64,000 nucleotides of DNA from positions 57,434 through 121,433 of IMG/VR virus record IMGVR_UViG_3300028833_000087; one strand, given 5' to 3'. The stretch is from a virus (Duplodnaviria > Caudoviricetes). The notes beneath the pieces are model-generated. The model saw only the letters and a program-made list of their open reading frames with translations, did no database searches and was not told the DNA's origin. Positions 1-10,734 of this stretch are shown here, one piece after another (within the stretch, counting starts at the first letter, position 1; each line of letters starts with the position of its first letter). The position numbers were made by a program, and so were the translations under genes.

Positions 1-492
1 ATAAGGAATAGAAGCAGCTTCAAAATCGGTAAATTGTTTATCTTCTGATGAGTCTCTATCCTTAAATTTCCACATATCTTTAGCTGTACATTCTAACCCT
101 AATCTTTGCATATATCTTCTATATCTATTATTGAAAGAACAAGTAATGTGATAAATATTAAGTTTAACTTCAGGGTGTCTTTCTTGAATATCTTTAATAC
201 CATTAGGATCGATAATATAAACATTATGATCTTTCATTTGATCGGTTAAAGTAAAATATCTACGATTATTGATCTCAGTATATGCAAGAATTTTATCTTT
301 ATCTTTTAAAATTTCATCAGCTTTTTCTTCAGAAATAAATAAATGTTCCACTCCATCTGTTTCGCCTAATCTTTGAAGCCTTGTTGTATAAGATATAAAA
401 GGAATAAATTTCTTATCTGATATTAACTCTTTTACTGATTTACCGGTTTGCTCTTTTATTAAAAGTTTTACTGTTTCTTTATCGTATATCAT
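1..492 (-). CDS. Guanylate kinase-like protein (partial, runs off left edge)
   Basis: Hand translation from ATG 492 with GGAGG SD: SYTTRLQRLGETDGVEHLFISEE matches the GMK GMP-binding signature; P-loop degenerate (IKEQTGKS). Confidence 0.75.
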   Translation of the reverse strand, partial: MIYDKETVKLLIKEQTGKSVKELISDKKFIPFISYTTRLQRLGETDGVEHLFISEEKADEILKDKDKILAYTEINNRRYFTLTDQMKDHNVYIIDPNGIKDIQERHPEVKLNIYHITCSFNNRYRRYMQRLGLECTAKDMWKFKDRDSSEDKQFTDFEAASIPY

Positions 493-524
493 AGTTTTAT
501 CCTCCTTTATAAAAAATAAAAAGT

Positions 525-548
525 CCCGGGAATTATTCATTCCCGGGG
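525..548. terminator. Intrinsic terminator hairpin
   Basis: CCCGGGAAT-tattc-ATTCCCGGG, U-tract on minus strand. Confidence 0.7.
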
Positions 549-690
549 GCAACAAAATGAGTGTAAAGTATATAGAATTCGTGATGGTTTGTGTGCTATC
601 TGGGGGATAAGCGTTGTATGTATAGTTTAATATTTTCAGGGGTGGGTTATTAAACTATTTTGTAACGAATCTATATACTTTACACATATG

Positions 691-1482
691 TTATTCATTA
701 CTGTAAAATATTATTGGTATCTCTAGTTCTTCTTTTTTATTATCTTCTATCATTGGAAGCATATAATTATTACTCTTTAATACATCTATTCTATTATGCA
801 TATCTTGGTTAATATTAGTTATTTCCGGCAATCTATAGTTTTCATTTTTAATATCCACATTGACTTTATTATAATTCAAAATATCATTATTTAATAACTC
901 ATTAGATTGTTTTGCTGTATAATTTTCTATTCTCTCTAAAACATCTATCTGTTCATCTGTAATAAATGGACGATAGTATGTAACGAATAGGTCATATCTT
1001 CCTAAAACTGTATTTATAGGAATAAACAATCTATGAGCATGTACCAATTCATGAACTGTCTTAGATAAAGGAATAAGTCCTATCATATTTTTATAATGCA
1101 AAGACATTATTTCTTTAGCAACCATCCATACAGATACATTTTCATTATAATAACAGCGTTTCTTATAAACTATATTTGCTATATCATCTAATGAAAATGG
1201 ATAATGATGTATCTCTATGCGGATATCAAATCCTTCAGAATTACTTACTCCTTCTATGAAACTATCTTTATTCATTCCATATTTATCTCTGATAAAGTTT
1301 ATATATCTTCTATATTCAAAAGACTTTCTTACAACTTGTTTTATAGTAAGTATATATTTATTAAATTCTTTATCATCATCAAGATTAAATGGATTTACAT
1401 TTTCTATTTCAGGTACATCTTCTAAAGCTATATAATTTTGTAAATTATGATGCTGAGCTTGTATAGCATCAGGATCTATCAT
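691..1482 (-). CDS. Hypothetical protein with HNH-like motif
   Basis: 263 aa, GGAGG SD; IEIHHYPF...LSKTVHELVH resembles a His-Me finger. Confidence 0.6.
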   Translation of the reverse strand: MIDPDAIQAQHHNLQNYIALEDVPEIENVNPFNLDDDKEFNKYILTIKQVVRKSFEYRRYINFIRDKYGMNKDSFIEGVSNSEGFDIRIEIHHYPFSLDDIANIVYKKRCYYNENVSVWMVAKEIMSLHYKNMIGLIPLSKTVHELVHAHRLFIPINTVLGRYDLFVTYYRPFITDEQIDVLERIENYTAKQSNELLNNDILNYNKVNVDIKNENYRLPEITNINQDMHNRIDVLKSNNYMLPMIEDNKKEELEIPIIFYSNE

Positions 1483-1509
1483 AGTACCACCTCCAAAAAT
1501 ACAATATAA

Positions 1510-1522
1510 TTATATATTATAA
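1510..1522 (+). promoter_or_regulatory. Putative phage early promoter motif TTATATATTATAA
   Basis: Same motif recurs upstream of about 10 plus-strand units (8450, 10719, 11728, 14465, 24101, 34543, 37742, 42521, 47579). Confidence 0.65.
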
Positions 1523-1542
1523 ATCTGTAAAGGAGATCAATT

Positions 1543-2094
1543 ATGACTTTAAAATTTACAATAACAGTATTTGGAATATCTTTATTTTTAGGAATTGTTA
1601 TATATTCTATAAGAGTATTACTAAATGTATATAAAGTGTACTCTAAACCAAAATATGAATCTTCTAAAAAATATTTTAGGGAATTATTATTACTTTTGCA
1701 AGATGAAGCTTTAAAATTAAGAGATAATACTGATCAAAATACATTACTTATAGAATTTGATGGTACTAAAGATATTATATTTTATTTATATAATAAAAGA
1801 CCTAAAATAGATATAGATGGCGAAATATTCGTTTATATAGGCATAATGCCTTTTGGTAGAGTAATAAGCTATAGAGATTTAGATCCTATTTATATATTTG
1901 ATACAGCAACTGGTAAAGAATATTGCAAATATAATAGATCTGTTTATAAAAGAATAGATAAAATGCGCAAAGTATTATCATCAGATGATCCAAATGTAAA
2001 TGTGAATGTAACTTGGACAACAGAAGATAAAAAAGTTCAAGATATAAAAAGAGATTTTGTATTGGATAATTTAGAAAGGGGAAGATTACCATGA
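1543..2094 (+). CDS. Hypothetical membrane-anchored protein
   Basis: 183 aa, SD, N-terminal hydrophobic helix. Confidence 0.75.
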   Translation: MTLKFTITVFGISLFLGIVIYSIRVLLNVYKVYSKPKYESSKKYFRELLLLLQDEALKLRDNTDQNTLLIEFDGTKDIIFYLYNKRPKIDIDGEIFVYIGIMPFGRVISYRDLDPIYIFDTATGKEYCKYNRSVYKRIDKMRKVLSSDDPNVNVNVTWTTEDKKVQDIKRDFVLDNLERGRLP

Positions 2095-2630
2095 ATGGTA
2101 TTGATAAAAGCGTTTTATCTGTATTGATAAATATGAAATCTATAGGTATAGTCTATGATGAAAAGAAGGTGGAACCTATGGTTATTAAACCCATGGAAAA
2201 TTATTTAGAGATTACTTTAGATAGAAGAGAAAGAAAACTGTTTAGTTCAGATTGTATGAGTAGTTATATATGTGATATAGCTATAAAGAATACTATATGT
2301 AATCAGGAAATCCATATGAAAACTGATGAGATTATGATGTCTGTATTTATAGATACAATGTATTATGCAGAGAATAATCCATCTACAGGTTTATGTTTTA
2401 ACGATATGAATATAGCAATAACTAACGATGGTAAAATAGTAACCATGAATATTCATACTTTATTTAATAATAATCCTTTACAGCAGACAGTTACATTTAC
2501 TACAGATTCATTTGAATATTTTATAGATTGTTGTTACTTTATGTTTCTTATAGATATAGATGATGGAGATATGACAAAATATTATAATCATTATTACCAA
2601 GAGATGATTGAATGTAATGGAGGATTATAA
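2091..2630 (+). CDS. Hypothetical protein
   Basis: 179 aa, ATGA overlap with previous gene. Confidence 0.75.
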   Translation: MNGIDKSVLSVLINMKSIGIVYDEKKVEPMVIKPMENYLEITLDRRERKLFSSDCMSSYICDIAIKNTICNQEIHMKTDEIMMSVFIDTMYYAENNPSTGLCFNDMNIAITNDGKIVTMNIHTLFNNNPLQQTVTFTTDSFEYFIDCCYFMFLIDIDDGDMTKYYNHYYQEMIECNGGL

Positions 2631-3049
2631 TGATAATAGGAGAATATAAAACAAAAGAAAATTATACAGTATTAATATCTGCTGGATCATTATATCCTTT
2701 AATAAATATAAATATATTAGATTGCCTTGGACTTACTGTAACTTCTTTTATGATGTCTCAAGATATGATAAAAGAATTTTTTAACGATGTAGATCATTGT
2801 ATCAGCGAAGCAGACTCATTTATATTTAAAATACCATATAATGGTATAAGAGATATGATGATTAATCTTGTATATAATGATGAGGATAAAATTGTAATAC
2901 GATTAGCTGATACAGATGGAATTTGTATAAATCCTATAATAATGATGAATACAGATACTGAGCATTTAAAATTATTCTCTGCTCAAATTGAAAACGATAT
3001 ACATGATAAATATAATTTTTATAATGATTATATACAATATATATGGTAA
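2630..3049 (+). CDS. Hypothetical protein
   Basis: 139 aa, TAATG coupling, GGAGG SD. Confidence 0.75.
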   Translation: MIIGEYKTKENYTVLISAGSLYPLININILDCLGLTVTSFMMSQDMIKEFFNDVDHCISEADSFIFKIPYNGIRDMMINLVYNDEDKIVIRLADTDGICINPIIMMNTDTEHLKLFSAQIENDIHDKYNFYNDYIQYIW

Positions 3050-3087
3050 TATAAAACTATTCAATTTATTATAGGAGGTAATTTTAA

Positions 3088-3429
3088 ATGCATGACGGAC
3101 TTTTAACAAAAGTACAAGAAGAAGGCGATCCGAATTTCGATCCGAGAATGCCGTATGTTAAGAAAGATACTGTACAGCAGATGCAGAATCTTGCACAGCA
3201 ATTTAAGTATTCATCATGTGATGAGATGTTTGGTATTTTGGATGTTTTAGAAGAAAATATTCAAGATATTAAAAAATACATGGAAGAATATCAGATCGCT
3301 GATGCCAATTTTGCTAATGGATCTATCGACAAAAAAGATTTATCTAAATCGAAAGAAAATGTCTTGGCAAATATTAGCAAAATGCAATATCTTGCACAGA
3401 AGCTTACAGGAATGAGCGCGTATCTGTAA
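3088..3429 (+). CDS. Hypothetical coiled-coil protein
   Basis: 113 aa, AGGAGG SD. Confidence 0.75.
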   Translation: MHDGLLTKVQEEGDPNFDPRMPYVKKDTVQQMQNLAQQFKYSSCDEMFGILDVLEENIQDIKKYMEEYQIADANFANGSIDKKDLSKSKENVLANISKMQYLAQKLTGMSAYL

Positions 3430-3436
3430 ACAATAA

Positions 3437-3460
3437 CCCCTGGTTCATATGAACCAGGGG
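3437..3460. terminator. Bidirectional terminator
   Basis: CCCCTGGTTCATATGAACCAGGGG palindrome between convergent genes. Confidence 0.75.
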
Positions 3461-3470
3461 AATTTTATTT

Positions 3471-6400
3471 TTAAACTTTTGAATCATCATAAGGTATTCC
3501 CATAATATCTTTTACAGATCTATCAAGTTCAATCATAAGCTTATTAATAGATCCAATCAAAGGAATACTGGTAACAATACGCTTATCAATACTGGTATTA
3601 CCTACGAATGCAGATACATGCTCATTAGGTCTGAAAGCAGTATAAGGTTCTTTACCCAAAGGAATCAAGTTTTTCTCAACACCTTTATTTGCAGCAAAAT
3701 ATACAATCTTATCACCGATACCTAATGTATCATAGTATTCTACATAATACTCTACAAGTATAGCATCTTGTGCTCGTTTCATTTTACCTGTAGGAGGTAA
3801 CTTATAATGAGCAGGAAGCTCATTAGCATTAATACCATTATCTTTGTAGATTTTAGCTCTAGCCTTAATAGGCTTCTCATACTCATTAACCATTTTAGCC
3901 ATAGAAGGAGTCATCTCGTCTATGTCAATAGTTCTGAATATCTTAATGGCAGTAATAGTACCTGTTACTTCAGATATAAGTTTCTTTTTACCTAACTCAG
4001 ATACTTCATCTTTAGAAAGAGTTCTCATAAGAGAGTCAGCATCTTCATCTTTAAAAGGAACTTGCCAAGACATAAGAACATCGCCACATTCTACATGATT
4101 CCCTACTTTCAAATAGTTTACGATATTAACTTCTTTATCTAATACTGCTTTATATTGTAAGTCAATTCTTGTAGCCAAAGCCTTTGCCATTTCTTCTGTA
4201 ATAACACCAGAGTCTTCAAAGTTCTCATCAGAGTTAATAATAGCTACTTTAGCTAATTTACCTACATTGAAAGCAAGATTATCAGATTCACCCAAGCTAT
4301 TAGAGAAACTAAGTTTATCATATGCTAATACTTGATTAGCTTTAAACTTCATTCCTACTTTTATTTTTTCATCAGCATCAAGTTTAAGAGGCACAAAATA
4401 ACCACCATCAGAGTTATGCTGAATATTTTCTTGCAAATCAATATAATCTTTGGTACCATCTTTATATTGTACAAGAATATACTTATTTTCAACATACTCT
4501 ACAACTTCTCCATCTTGTTTAGACTTATAAGCAAATCTATTAGATGTCATATAAGGCATAGCTTCATCTGTACCATTAGTAACCAATAAAGGATCTGATT
4601 CTTCCGTACGAACCTGATGTTTACATGTTTGAATGAATGTCATACCAACACGCATTGGCGAATCATGTGTAGATACAAAAGGAGTAATACCCTCAGTTAC
4701 AGTAAGAGAATTAGTTGTATTCATCTTATCTGTAGAACCATCCGATGCTTTTACAAATCCTCTTTCAGGATCTACATTAGCATTCATAGTAAGCTGTCTA
4801 GTTACACCAGCATTACCAGCGAAACCTGTAGACATACCTAATACATTAAGCATAGTTTCATCATATCCACGCTTATCAAGTGAATAAGCTCTATCAGAAT
4901 TCATACCGGAAGGCCCTTTAAAGGTAACTGCATTAGTAGCATCAATTTCATTTAAAGCATTAATACAAGAATCGGTAGCAGATACAGAATCAGTTAAGAA
5001 TTTATCAATAACTGCAGTCTGCTTTATCGTAATACCAGGAGCATTTCTCTGATGTCTTATAGCATTAGCATAAGCTGCATAAGCATCAGCCATTACTTTA
5101 TAGGTATAAGCAGCTACTAATTCATATCTTCTAAGTCTTCTAGAAGATGTATCTGTATGCTTGATAAATTTATTATCACAAAGCAAACTATTAGCATATA
5201 ACAATACAGAAACATAGTCTGTAGGCATCTTATACTTCTGAAGAATCTCTTCAGTAATAGGATCAATAAGAAGATCTTTGAAGTTATCAAGACCATCAGC
5301 TTTCATTCTAGAAGCAAATTGATCCAAGAATTCCAAATATAAGTTTCTGGAATCTACTTCAGTAATAGAATGCGATTCTGTATCACATGCTTTAAGTCCA
5401 TTAAGTAACAAACTAGCATCATAATCATTAGCATTGAATACTACAAATCCATCTTTAAATTTGATCCAATCGTAATTTAAATTAGCTCTATCTGCAGATG
5501 TTATTTTGTCTACTATCTGATATTCAATCTTACCTTTTTCAAGTGTACTTCTTAATCCTTCATGTAATCCACAGATTACTATAGTAGGAATAAGACTACT
5601 CATTATAGAGCATCTAGAATAAGTACAAGACTTACTTGCTGATTGAGATCTTAATAAATCTAAGAAATCTTTCCAATCATGCTTTTCTTCTAAGAGTACC
5701 AGTAAATAATGAATGAATGATTCTCTAGCATCATTAGCCATATAAATAATTCTATCTTCTTCTTTATCATGAGCAAAAGGAATACCTTTAGTATCATCAA
5801 TCTTATATTTAGCTCTAATATCATCTTGATTAAAATATAAAGTTAATGATTTGGATTCAATTCTATCATAGACAGAACCAATATCAATATAATCTATAGG
5901 AAGATTATATTTATTAGATACTTTAATAGTATTACCAACCATAAACTTAATATTTCTACCCTGATATTTATCAGCAGCTTTTAAGAATCTAGATACATTA
6001 GCCATAGATCTACCAGTCTGAATCTTATTAGCACCACGAGGTCTATTATAAACAAAGATTTTATTATAATTAGATATAATCTGCGCAGCATTTACTTCAG
6101 TTTTCAATATAGGCATATTAAAGAACTGATTCTGTAAGCTATAATAGTTGCCTCTAAGAAGGAATCTATTATCTACCATAATAGGAATATCTAATTTAAT
6201 AGTAAATCTTTTACCTCTAAAGTCTTCCATTTCTACAGTATAAGTTTCAATTCTATCTTCAGAATTAGTAGCATCTTCTACAGAAATATTTCTAATACCA
6301 ATAGGAATTGATGTCTTAGTAAAATGCTTAAAAATATTAATAATATCTTTATCAATATTATAATGCTTATCAAATTCAGGATATTTCATATCTTTCCAAA

Positions 6401-8285
6401 GATCAGCATTAGGACCACTTACAGGAATATCAATAGTAGTAGCCTTTGTATCTACAGTTTCCTGCTTTAATATCTCATCTATAGTTTTACCTTTAATAGT
6501 TTTATTATTTAATTCTTCATCAAGTTTATTTAATCTTGTTGATCTACCAGCAGTCAAATCGATATTACTATCATCATTATTTTCAGCATCAAGATCCATA
6601 AGCATCTGCTTTAATTCTTCATCATTTTCCATATCATCCATTGCTTGATCTTCGGATGATACATCATCTTGATATACTGCAGTAGCTATTTTATCTGCTA
6701 TATGCTGTTTAGTAACATCGTTTTGCTTTATTTTACTGAATTTAGGATTCTGAGTAAGAGCAGTTTTAGAATAATTCTTCTTTTCTGCATTTTCCTCTTT
6801 CTCTATATTTTCAACTTTCTTATTAGTATTTTTATTATCTGCTTTATAATATTTCTTAGCAGTTTGAATATTTTTATTAATTAACGCTTTATTAGCTATA
6901 ACAGCTTTTGTAGCAATATTAAGTTCAGGAGTAATATCTACACCTTTAGCAAGTTCAATTTTATCTACAATATTGGCTTTAATTGCCTCTTTAGAATCAA
7001 TATTTTCAGCGCTTGTATCAATATCTTCTTCGTCAAAAGGCTCATTTTTGATCATCTTAGTAATAAATGTTTTATATTTAATACATAATCTTTTAAGAGG
7101 AATTCCTTCTGATTTAATATCTTTGAAATTCATCTTAAAATAATTACTATCAGATACAAATACAATATCTGTATCACCAAAAGTAGAATATAATGTATTG
7201 TCTTCTCCATTAAACATTAACCAATAGATTAATGATATTGGATTTACATCTTTCTTATAATTCCAGAAATCTGCAATATGCTTCTTATTCCAATCTAATA
7301 CTGGAATAAAAATAGTTTTCTTCTTGTAACCAGCAGCTTTCACATTAGGATTATTAATTAATCTATTCATAAATGATAAGAATAAATTTAATCCTTTATA
7401 TAAACTCCAGTTATTATTCTGGCAGAATATATTAATATAATAAGAAAGATCTACAAACAGATTTCTATTAGCATATCTTTTAATTTCAGGGAAAGTATAT
7501 TTAATCCAAGGATTATCTTTCTTAGCCTGATCATATAAAAGAATAACTTCTTTACGCTTTTTCATTCTATTAGCATAAAGAATTTGTTTTAATTTTGTAT
7601 CTTCTTTCTTACCTTCTAATATAGTATCTACATCTTCTCCAATAAACATCATTTTATCGCAAAGATTGATACCACCTATATATCTACCATTTGAATCAAA
7701 GTATTCTTGAATTTCTTTTACTGAAATTATACTTTCATCATTAAGACTTTCATTCACAGGATGATAATAATTACTAAATCTATTATTCTTTCCTACAGTA
7801 GGATGCATATTAAATTTCTTTATAGCTTTAATAATATTTTTTGCTAATTCTTCTTCATGCTCTTTATCTACATAATTAAAAAACTTAATAGCAGATTTTA
7901 CATGAGCTTCTGTATCAAGAGGATATTTCCTTTGAGAAGGAATACCAAAAGCAGAATCAGGCAATTTATTTCTTTCAGCTGCAGACATCTCTGTTATAGA
8001 CTGATAAGATTCAAATTCAGCAGATTCTTTTATATTTTCATCTTCTTCCTCTACCTCTTCTCCAACTTTACCGGAAATTAAGAATGTAACTCCTTTATCA
8101 ATATAATATGATTCGTATCTTAATTTATTGATAAAAAGTTTATGATTCATTAATCTATTAGAAGAACTATAATTTGGAGTAAGAAGATACAAAGCAGAGT
8201 ATTTCTTTTTACTATCTTCTATAGTAGGCAAAAAAGTTTTTGTCCTATAGATTTTTAAATTTTTCATATTATCTATGAGAATCAT
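3471..8285 (-). CDS. Phage multisubunit RNA polymerase beta-like subunit with long N-terminal extension (possibly virion RNAP)
   Basis: 1604 aa; C-terminal beta motifs THDSPMRVGMTFIQTCKHQV, NFEDSGVI, GDKI..ANKGV, KRI. Confidence 0.85.
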   Translation of the reverse strand: MILIDNMKNLKIYRTKTFLPTIEDSKKKYSALYLLTPNYSSSNRLMNHKLFINKLRYESYYIDKGVTFLISGKVGEEVEEEDENIKESAEFESYQSITEMSAAERNKLPDSAFGIPSQRKYPLDTEAHVKSAIKFFNYVDKEHEEELAKNIIKAIKKFNMHPTVGKNNRFSNYYHPVNESLNDESIISVKEIQEYFDSNGRYIGGINLCDKMMFIGEDVDTILEGKKEDTKLKQILYANRMKKRKEVILLYDQAKKDNPWIKYTFPEIKRYANRNLFVDLSYYINIFCQNNNWSLYKGLNLFLSFMNRLINNPNVKAAGYKKKTIFIPVLDWNKKHIADFWNYKKDVNPISLIYWLMFNGEDNTLYSTFGDTDIVFVSDSNYFKMNFKDIKSEGIPLKRLCIKYKTFITKMIKNEPFDEEDIDTSAENIDSKEAIKANIVDKIELAKGVDITPELNIATKAVIANKALINKNIQTAKKYYKADNKNTNKKVENIEKEENAEKKNYSKTALTQNPKFSKIKQNDVTKQHIADKIATAVYQDDVSSEDQAMDDMENDEELKQMLMDLDAENNDDSNIDLTAGRSTRLNKLDEELNNKTIKGKTIDEILKQETVDTKATTIDIPVSGPNADLWKDMKYPEFDKHYNIDKDIINIFKHFTKTSIPIGIRNISVEDATNSEDRIETYTVEMEDFRGKRFTIKLDIPIMVDNRFLLRGNYYSLQNQFFNMPILKTEVNAAQIISNYNKIFVYNRPRGANKIQTGRSMANVSRFLKAADKYQGRNIKFMVGNTIKVSNKYNLPIDYIDIGSVYDRIESKSLTLYFNQDDIRAKYKIDDTKGIPFAHDKEEDRIIYMANDARESFIHYLLVLLEEKHDWKDFLDLLRSQSASKSCTYSRCSIMSSLIPTIVICGLHEGLRSTLEKGKIEYQIVDKITSADRANLNYDWIKFKDGFVVFNANDYDASLLLNGLKACDTESHSITEVDSRNLYLEFLDQFASRMKADGLDNFKDLLIDPITEEILQKYKMPTDYVSVLLYANSLLCDNKFIKHTDTSSRRLRRYELVAAYTYKVMADAYAAYANAIRHQRNAPGITIKQTAVIDKFLTDSVSATDSCINALNEIDATNAVTFKGPSGMNSDRAYSLDKRGYDETMLNVLGMSTGFAGNAGVTRQLTMNANVDPERGFVKASDGSTDKMNTTNSLTVTEGITPFVSTHDSPMRVGMTFIQTCKHQVRTEESDPLLVTNGTDEAMPYMTSNRFAYKSKQDGEVVEYVENKYILVQYKDGTKDYIDLQENIQHNSDGGYFVPLKLDADEKIKVGMKFKANQVLAYDKLSFSNSLGESDNLAFNVGKLAKVAIINSDENFEDSGVITEEMAKALATRIDLQYKAVLDKEVNIVNYLKVGNHVECGDVLMSWQVPFKDEDADSLMRTLSKDEVSELGKKKLISEVTGTITAIKIFRTIDIDEMTPSMAKMVNEYEKPIKARAKIYKDNGINANELPAHYKLPPTGKMKRAQDAILVEYYVEYYDTLGIGDKIVYFAANKGVEKNLIPLGKEPYTAFRPNEHVSAFVGNTSIDKRIVTSIPLIGSINKLMIELDRSVKDIMGIPYDDSKV

Positions 8286-8532
8286 ATTTAAATCCTCCTT
8301 ATATCAAATTATAGTGATGTGAAAGCGCAGTAAATATTATAAAAGAAAAAAGTTCCCGGAGACTTTCGTCTCCGGGAATGGCATACGTAATGAATCTGTG
8401 GACCTATCATTTAATAGGTTTACTTTATAGTTACTAATTTTATAAATAATTATATAATATAATATTGAAAGGAGGTTAAATCATTTAAAAGTCACATAAA
8501 CAAAAATAAAATAAAAAAGAGAGGAAACCAAA

Positions 8533-9390
8533 ATGGAAAATCAAGTCGTAAATTTAACAATGGACGGAAAAACAATAGGAATAGGTATATATTCCTTGGT
8601 TGAAGACAAACAACTCACAAACAAACAGGGAGATATTCTTATTTTTAGAAATATTTCCCAGGCAAAAATGTATGTTGAAAATGCAAAAGGATATACAAAT
8701 CATTTTGATTATGACTTTAATATTATCATTAATGATAGTATTATAGATTATTCAGACTTTGATTTTGTAAATGGCGCATATCAATTATACGGTAAAGATG
8801 AAAATACCAATGGTAATTTCATCTACAATGTATATCCTGTGGAAAAATTTGCTGTTACCAGGCTTGGATATATTGTGTTTAATGACAATGCCAGAATTAT
8901 TGGTGATAATGAAGCCGGCAAAAAGATCTGCAAACAGAATTTTGATGATCTTAAAGAAGCAGTAAATAAGGTAGTGAAATATCCGAATAAGAAAAACGCG
9001 CTTCAGAGTGTCAAAAGAACTTATGATACTCTGAATATTAAAGTTAAAAGAACTTCCGGGTCTATCAATGTATTATATAATTCTCAGATTATGAATATTA
9101 ATCAGAATCGAAAGAATTTACAGCTTAGATCTTTCCAGTTCAACAAGGAAATGGATAAGTATAATACATTGTATTTCTTCATTCAGAAGGAATTTTATGA
9201 ACCGGACTTCTTCGGCACAACGCAGACATGTGTAGAAGCATTTGATGATATTATCAAAGAGCTTCAAAAGAAAAGACCAGATGTCAGATTGGAATATCTT
9301 GATATAAGAGTTCCGATCGAAATCGGTAATGATCTGGTTGAAAAATATAGTAGAAGGGAGAAGAAATATGATCAGAGTAATAAATCTTGA
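8533..9390 (+). CDS. Hypothetical protein
   Basis: 285 aa, GAGG SD, promoter motif at 8450. Confidence 0.8.
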   Translation: MENQVVNLTMDGKTIGIGIYSLVEDKQLTNKQGDILIFRNISQAKMYVENAKGYTNHFDYDFNIIINDSIIDYSDFDFVNGAYQLYGKDENTNGNFIYNVYPVEKFAVTRLGYIVFNDNARIIGDNEAGKKICKQNFDDLKEAVNKVVKYPNKKNALQSVKRTYDTLNIKVKRTSGSINVLYNSQIMNINQNRKNLQLRSFQFNKEMDKYNTLYFFIQKEFYEPDFFGTTQTCVEAFDDIIKELQKKRPDVRLEYLDIRVPIEIGNDLVEKYSRREKKYDQSNKS

Positions 9391-10132
9391 TCCCAACAGT
9401 GATAATTATATTATGAACGAAGAGGGAGAAAGAATTCGCCATCTCGATGATACTACGCTCTCCCGGATAGTTTATATCAATGGTCATGGATCATCTGAGA
9501 TTACATGGCAGTCTGAATTAAAGAAGCAATTCTGTGGTATGTATTATACAGAAAAGCTTTATGACGATGATAACGCTGTGTACTATTTCGATGATGGTTA
9601 TTACAACAAGATGTACAATTCCGGATATATCGTGTTGAATAACTATGACGGTATGAAGGCATCGAAGGAACTCGGAGAAAGTATTTCCAAAAAACTCTTT
9701 TTCAAGATTCATGAAACTTTCGAAATGCTTCAACATGAAAGTATCGAAAGAATCGATGAGAAAGAAAAAGATCCTGTGCTCATTGTGAAGATCAATAGTT
9801 TTCCGTATGAGTATACAATCAGATGTCGTAGTACAACTTCTTTGTCTGAAGCAAATCAGATGAGAAAGATCAATAATCTTCCATTTTATCCGTTTGATGT
9901 AAGAATGGATAAATATGGTACATATTACATTGCATGCTATGCTAAGCTGCAGAACGATGTGATTCTTGATGATCTGGATAGAGAAAGTATAACTCCTCCT
10001 GATAAATACATCATGAATCTACTTATGAATTTCACACAAAAGATAAATAACGAGAGTAAGAGTGATATCTATCATTATGAACCGGTAAAGGCAAAGAAGC
10101 CGGTGATCTATTCCGAGAGGAATGACATTTAA
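9368..10132 (+). CDS. Hypothetical protein (start moved to ATG 9368)
   Basis: GGGAG SD before 9368; followed by terminator 10137-10170. Confidence 0.75.
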   Translation: MIRVINLDPNSDNYIMNEEGERIRHLDDTTLSRIVYINGHGSSEITWQSELKKQFCGMYYTEKLYDDDNAVYYFDDGYYNKMYNSGYIVLNNYDGMKASKELGESISKKLFFKIHETFEMLQHESIERIDEKEKDPVLIVKINSFPYEYTIRCRSTTSLSEANQMRKINNLPFYPFDVRMDKYGTYYIACYAKLQNDVILDDLDRESITPPDKYIMNLLMNFTQKINNESKSDIYHYEPVKAKKPVIYSERNDI

Positions 10133-10197
10133 TGTTAACCCGCTGTGAAAAACAGCGGGTTTTCTTTTTTGACATATACGTAAAGGAGGTGATGCCA

Positions 10198-10656
10198 ATG
10201 GAACTTAAAGACTATGGAGAATCCAGTAAGTTCTACAAGGATGAGTATAAAGAATATAAGAAAGAACTTGAAAAAGTTGAAAAGAACAAAACTGCATTCA
10301 TGTGGATCACTGAATTTTCGAAAAAAGTAGTCGTGGTAATTTTTGTAGCATATATACTTATGGCTATTTTCTCTTGTGTTATGGTATTTCTGTCAATGCG
10401 AATTACAGGTATGGTATCAGGATTAGAAACCTTGATTACTGAAATGAATACTACATTTAGAGATATCGTTGGTGGATATCTTGTAAAAGCAGGTGTAGAG
10501 AATGCTGTAAAGATCGGTGGAAATTACTATGTAGGTGTAGCAGATGCTAGACTTCGAGAACTCAGAGAAAGATTAAATCTTAAAGGAAAAGACACATTTG
10601 AAACAGATGACTGTTCTGATGGAGCTTCCTTTGAGAACTTTGATGAAGAATCATAA
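10198..10656 (+). CDS. Membrane protein (start moved to 10198)
   Basis: AAGGAGGTG SD; the longer listed start overlaps a terminator hairpin; strong TM segment VVVVIFVAYILMAIFSCVMVFL. Confidence 0.7.
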   Translation: MELKDYGESSKFYKDEYKEYKKELEKVEKNKTAFMWITEFSKKVVVVIFVAYILMAIFSCVMVFLSMRITGMVSGLETLITEMNTTFRDIVGGYLVKAGVENAVKIGGNYYVGVADARLRELRERLNLKGKDTFETDDCSDGASFENFDEES

Positions 10657-10734
10657 AATAAGTCCCTAGGGAGAAAATCCCTAGGGATATTTATTTCTGT
10701 CAGCATTAAAAAATTCGATTATATATTATAATTG

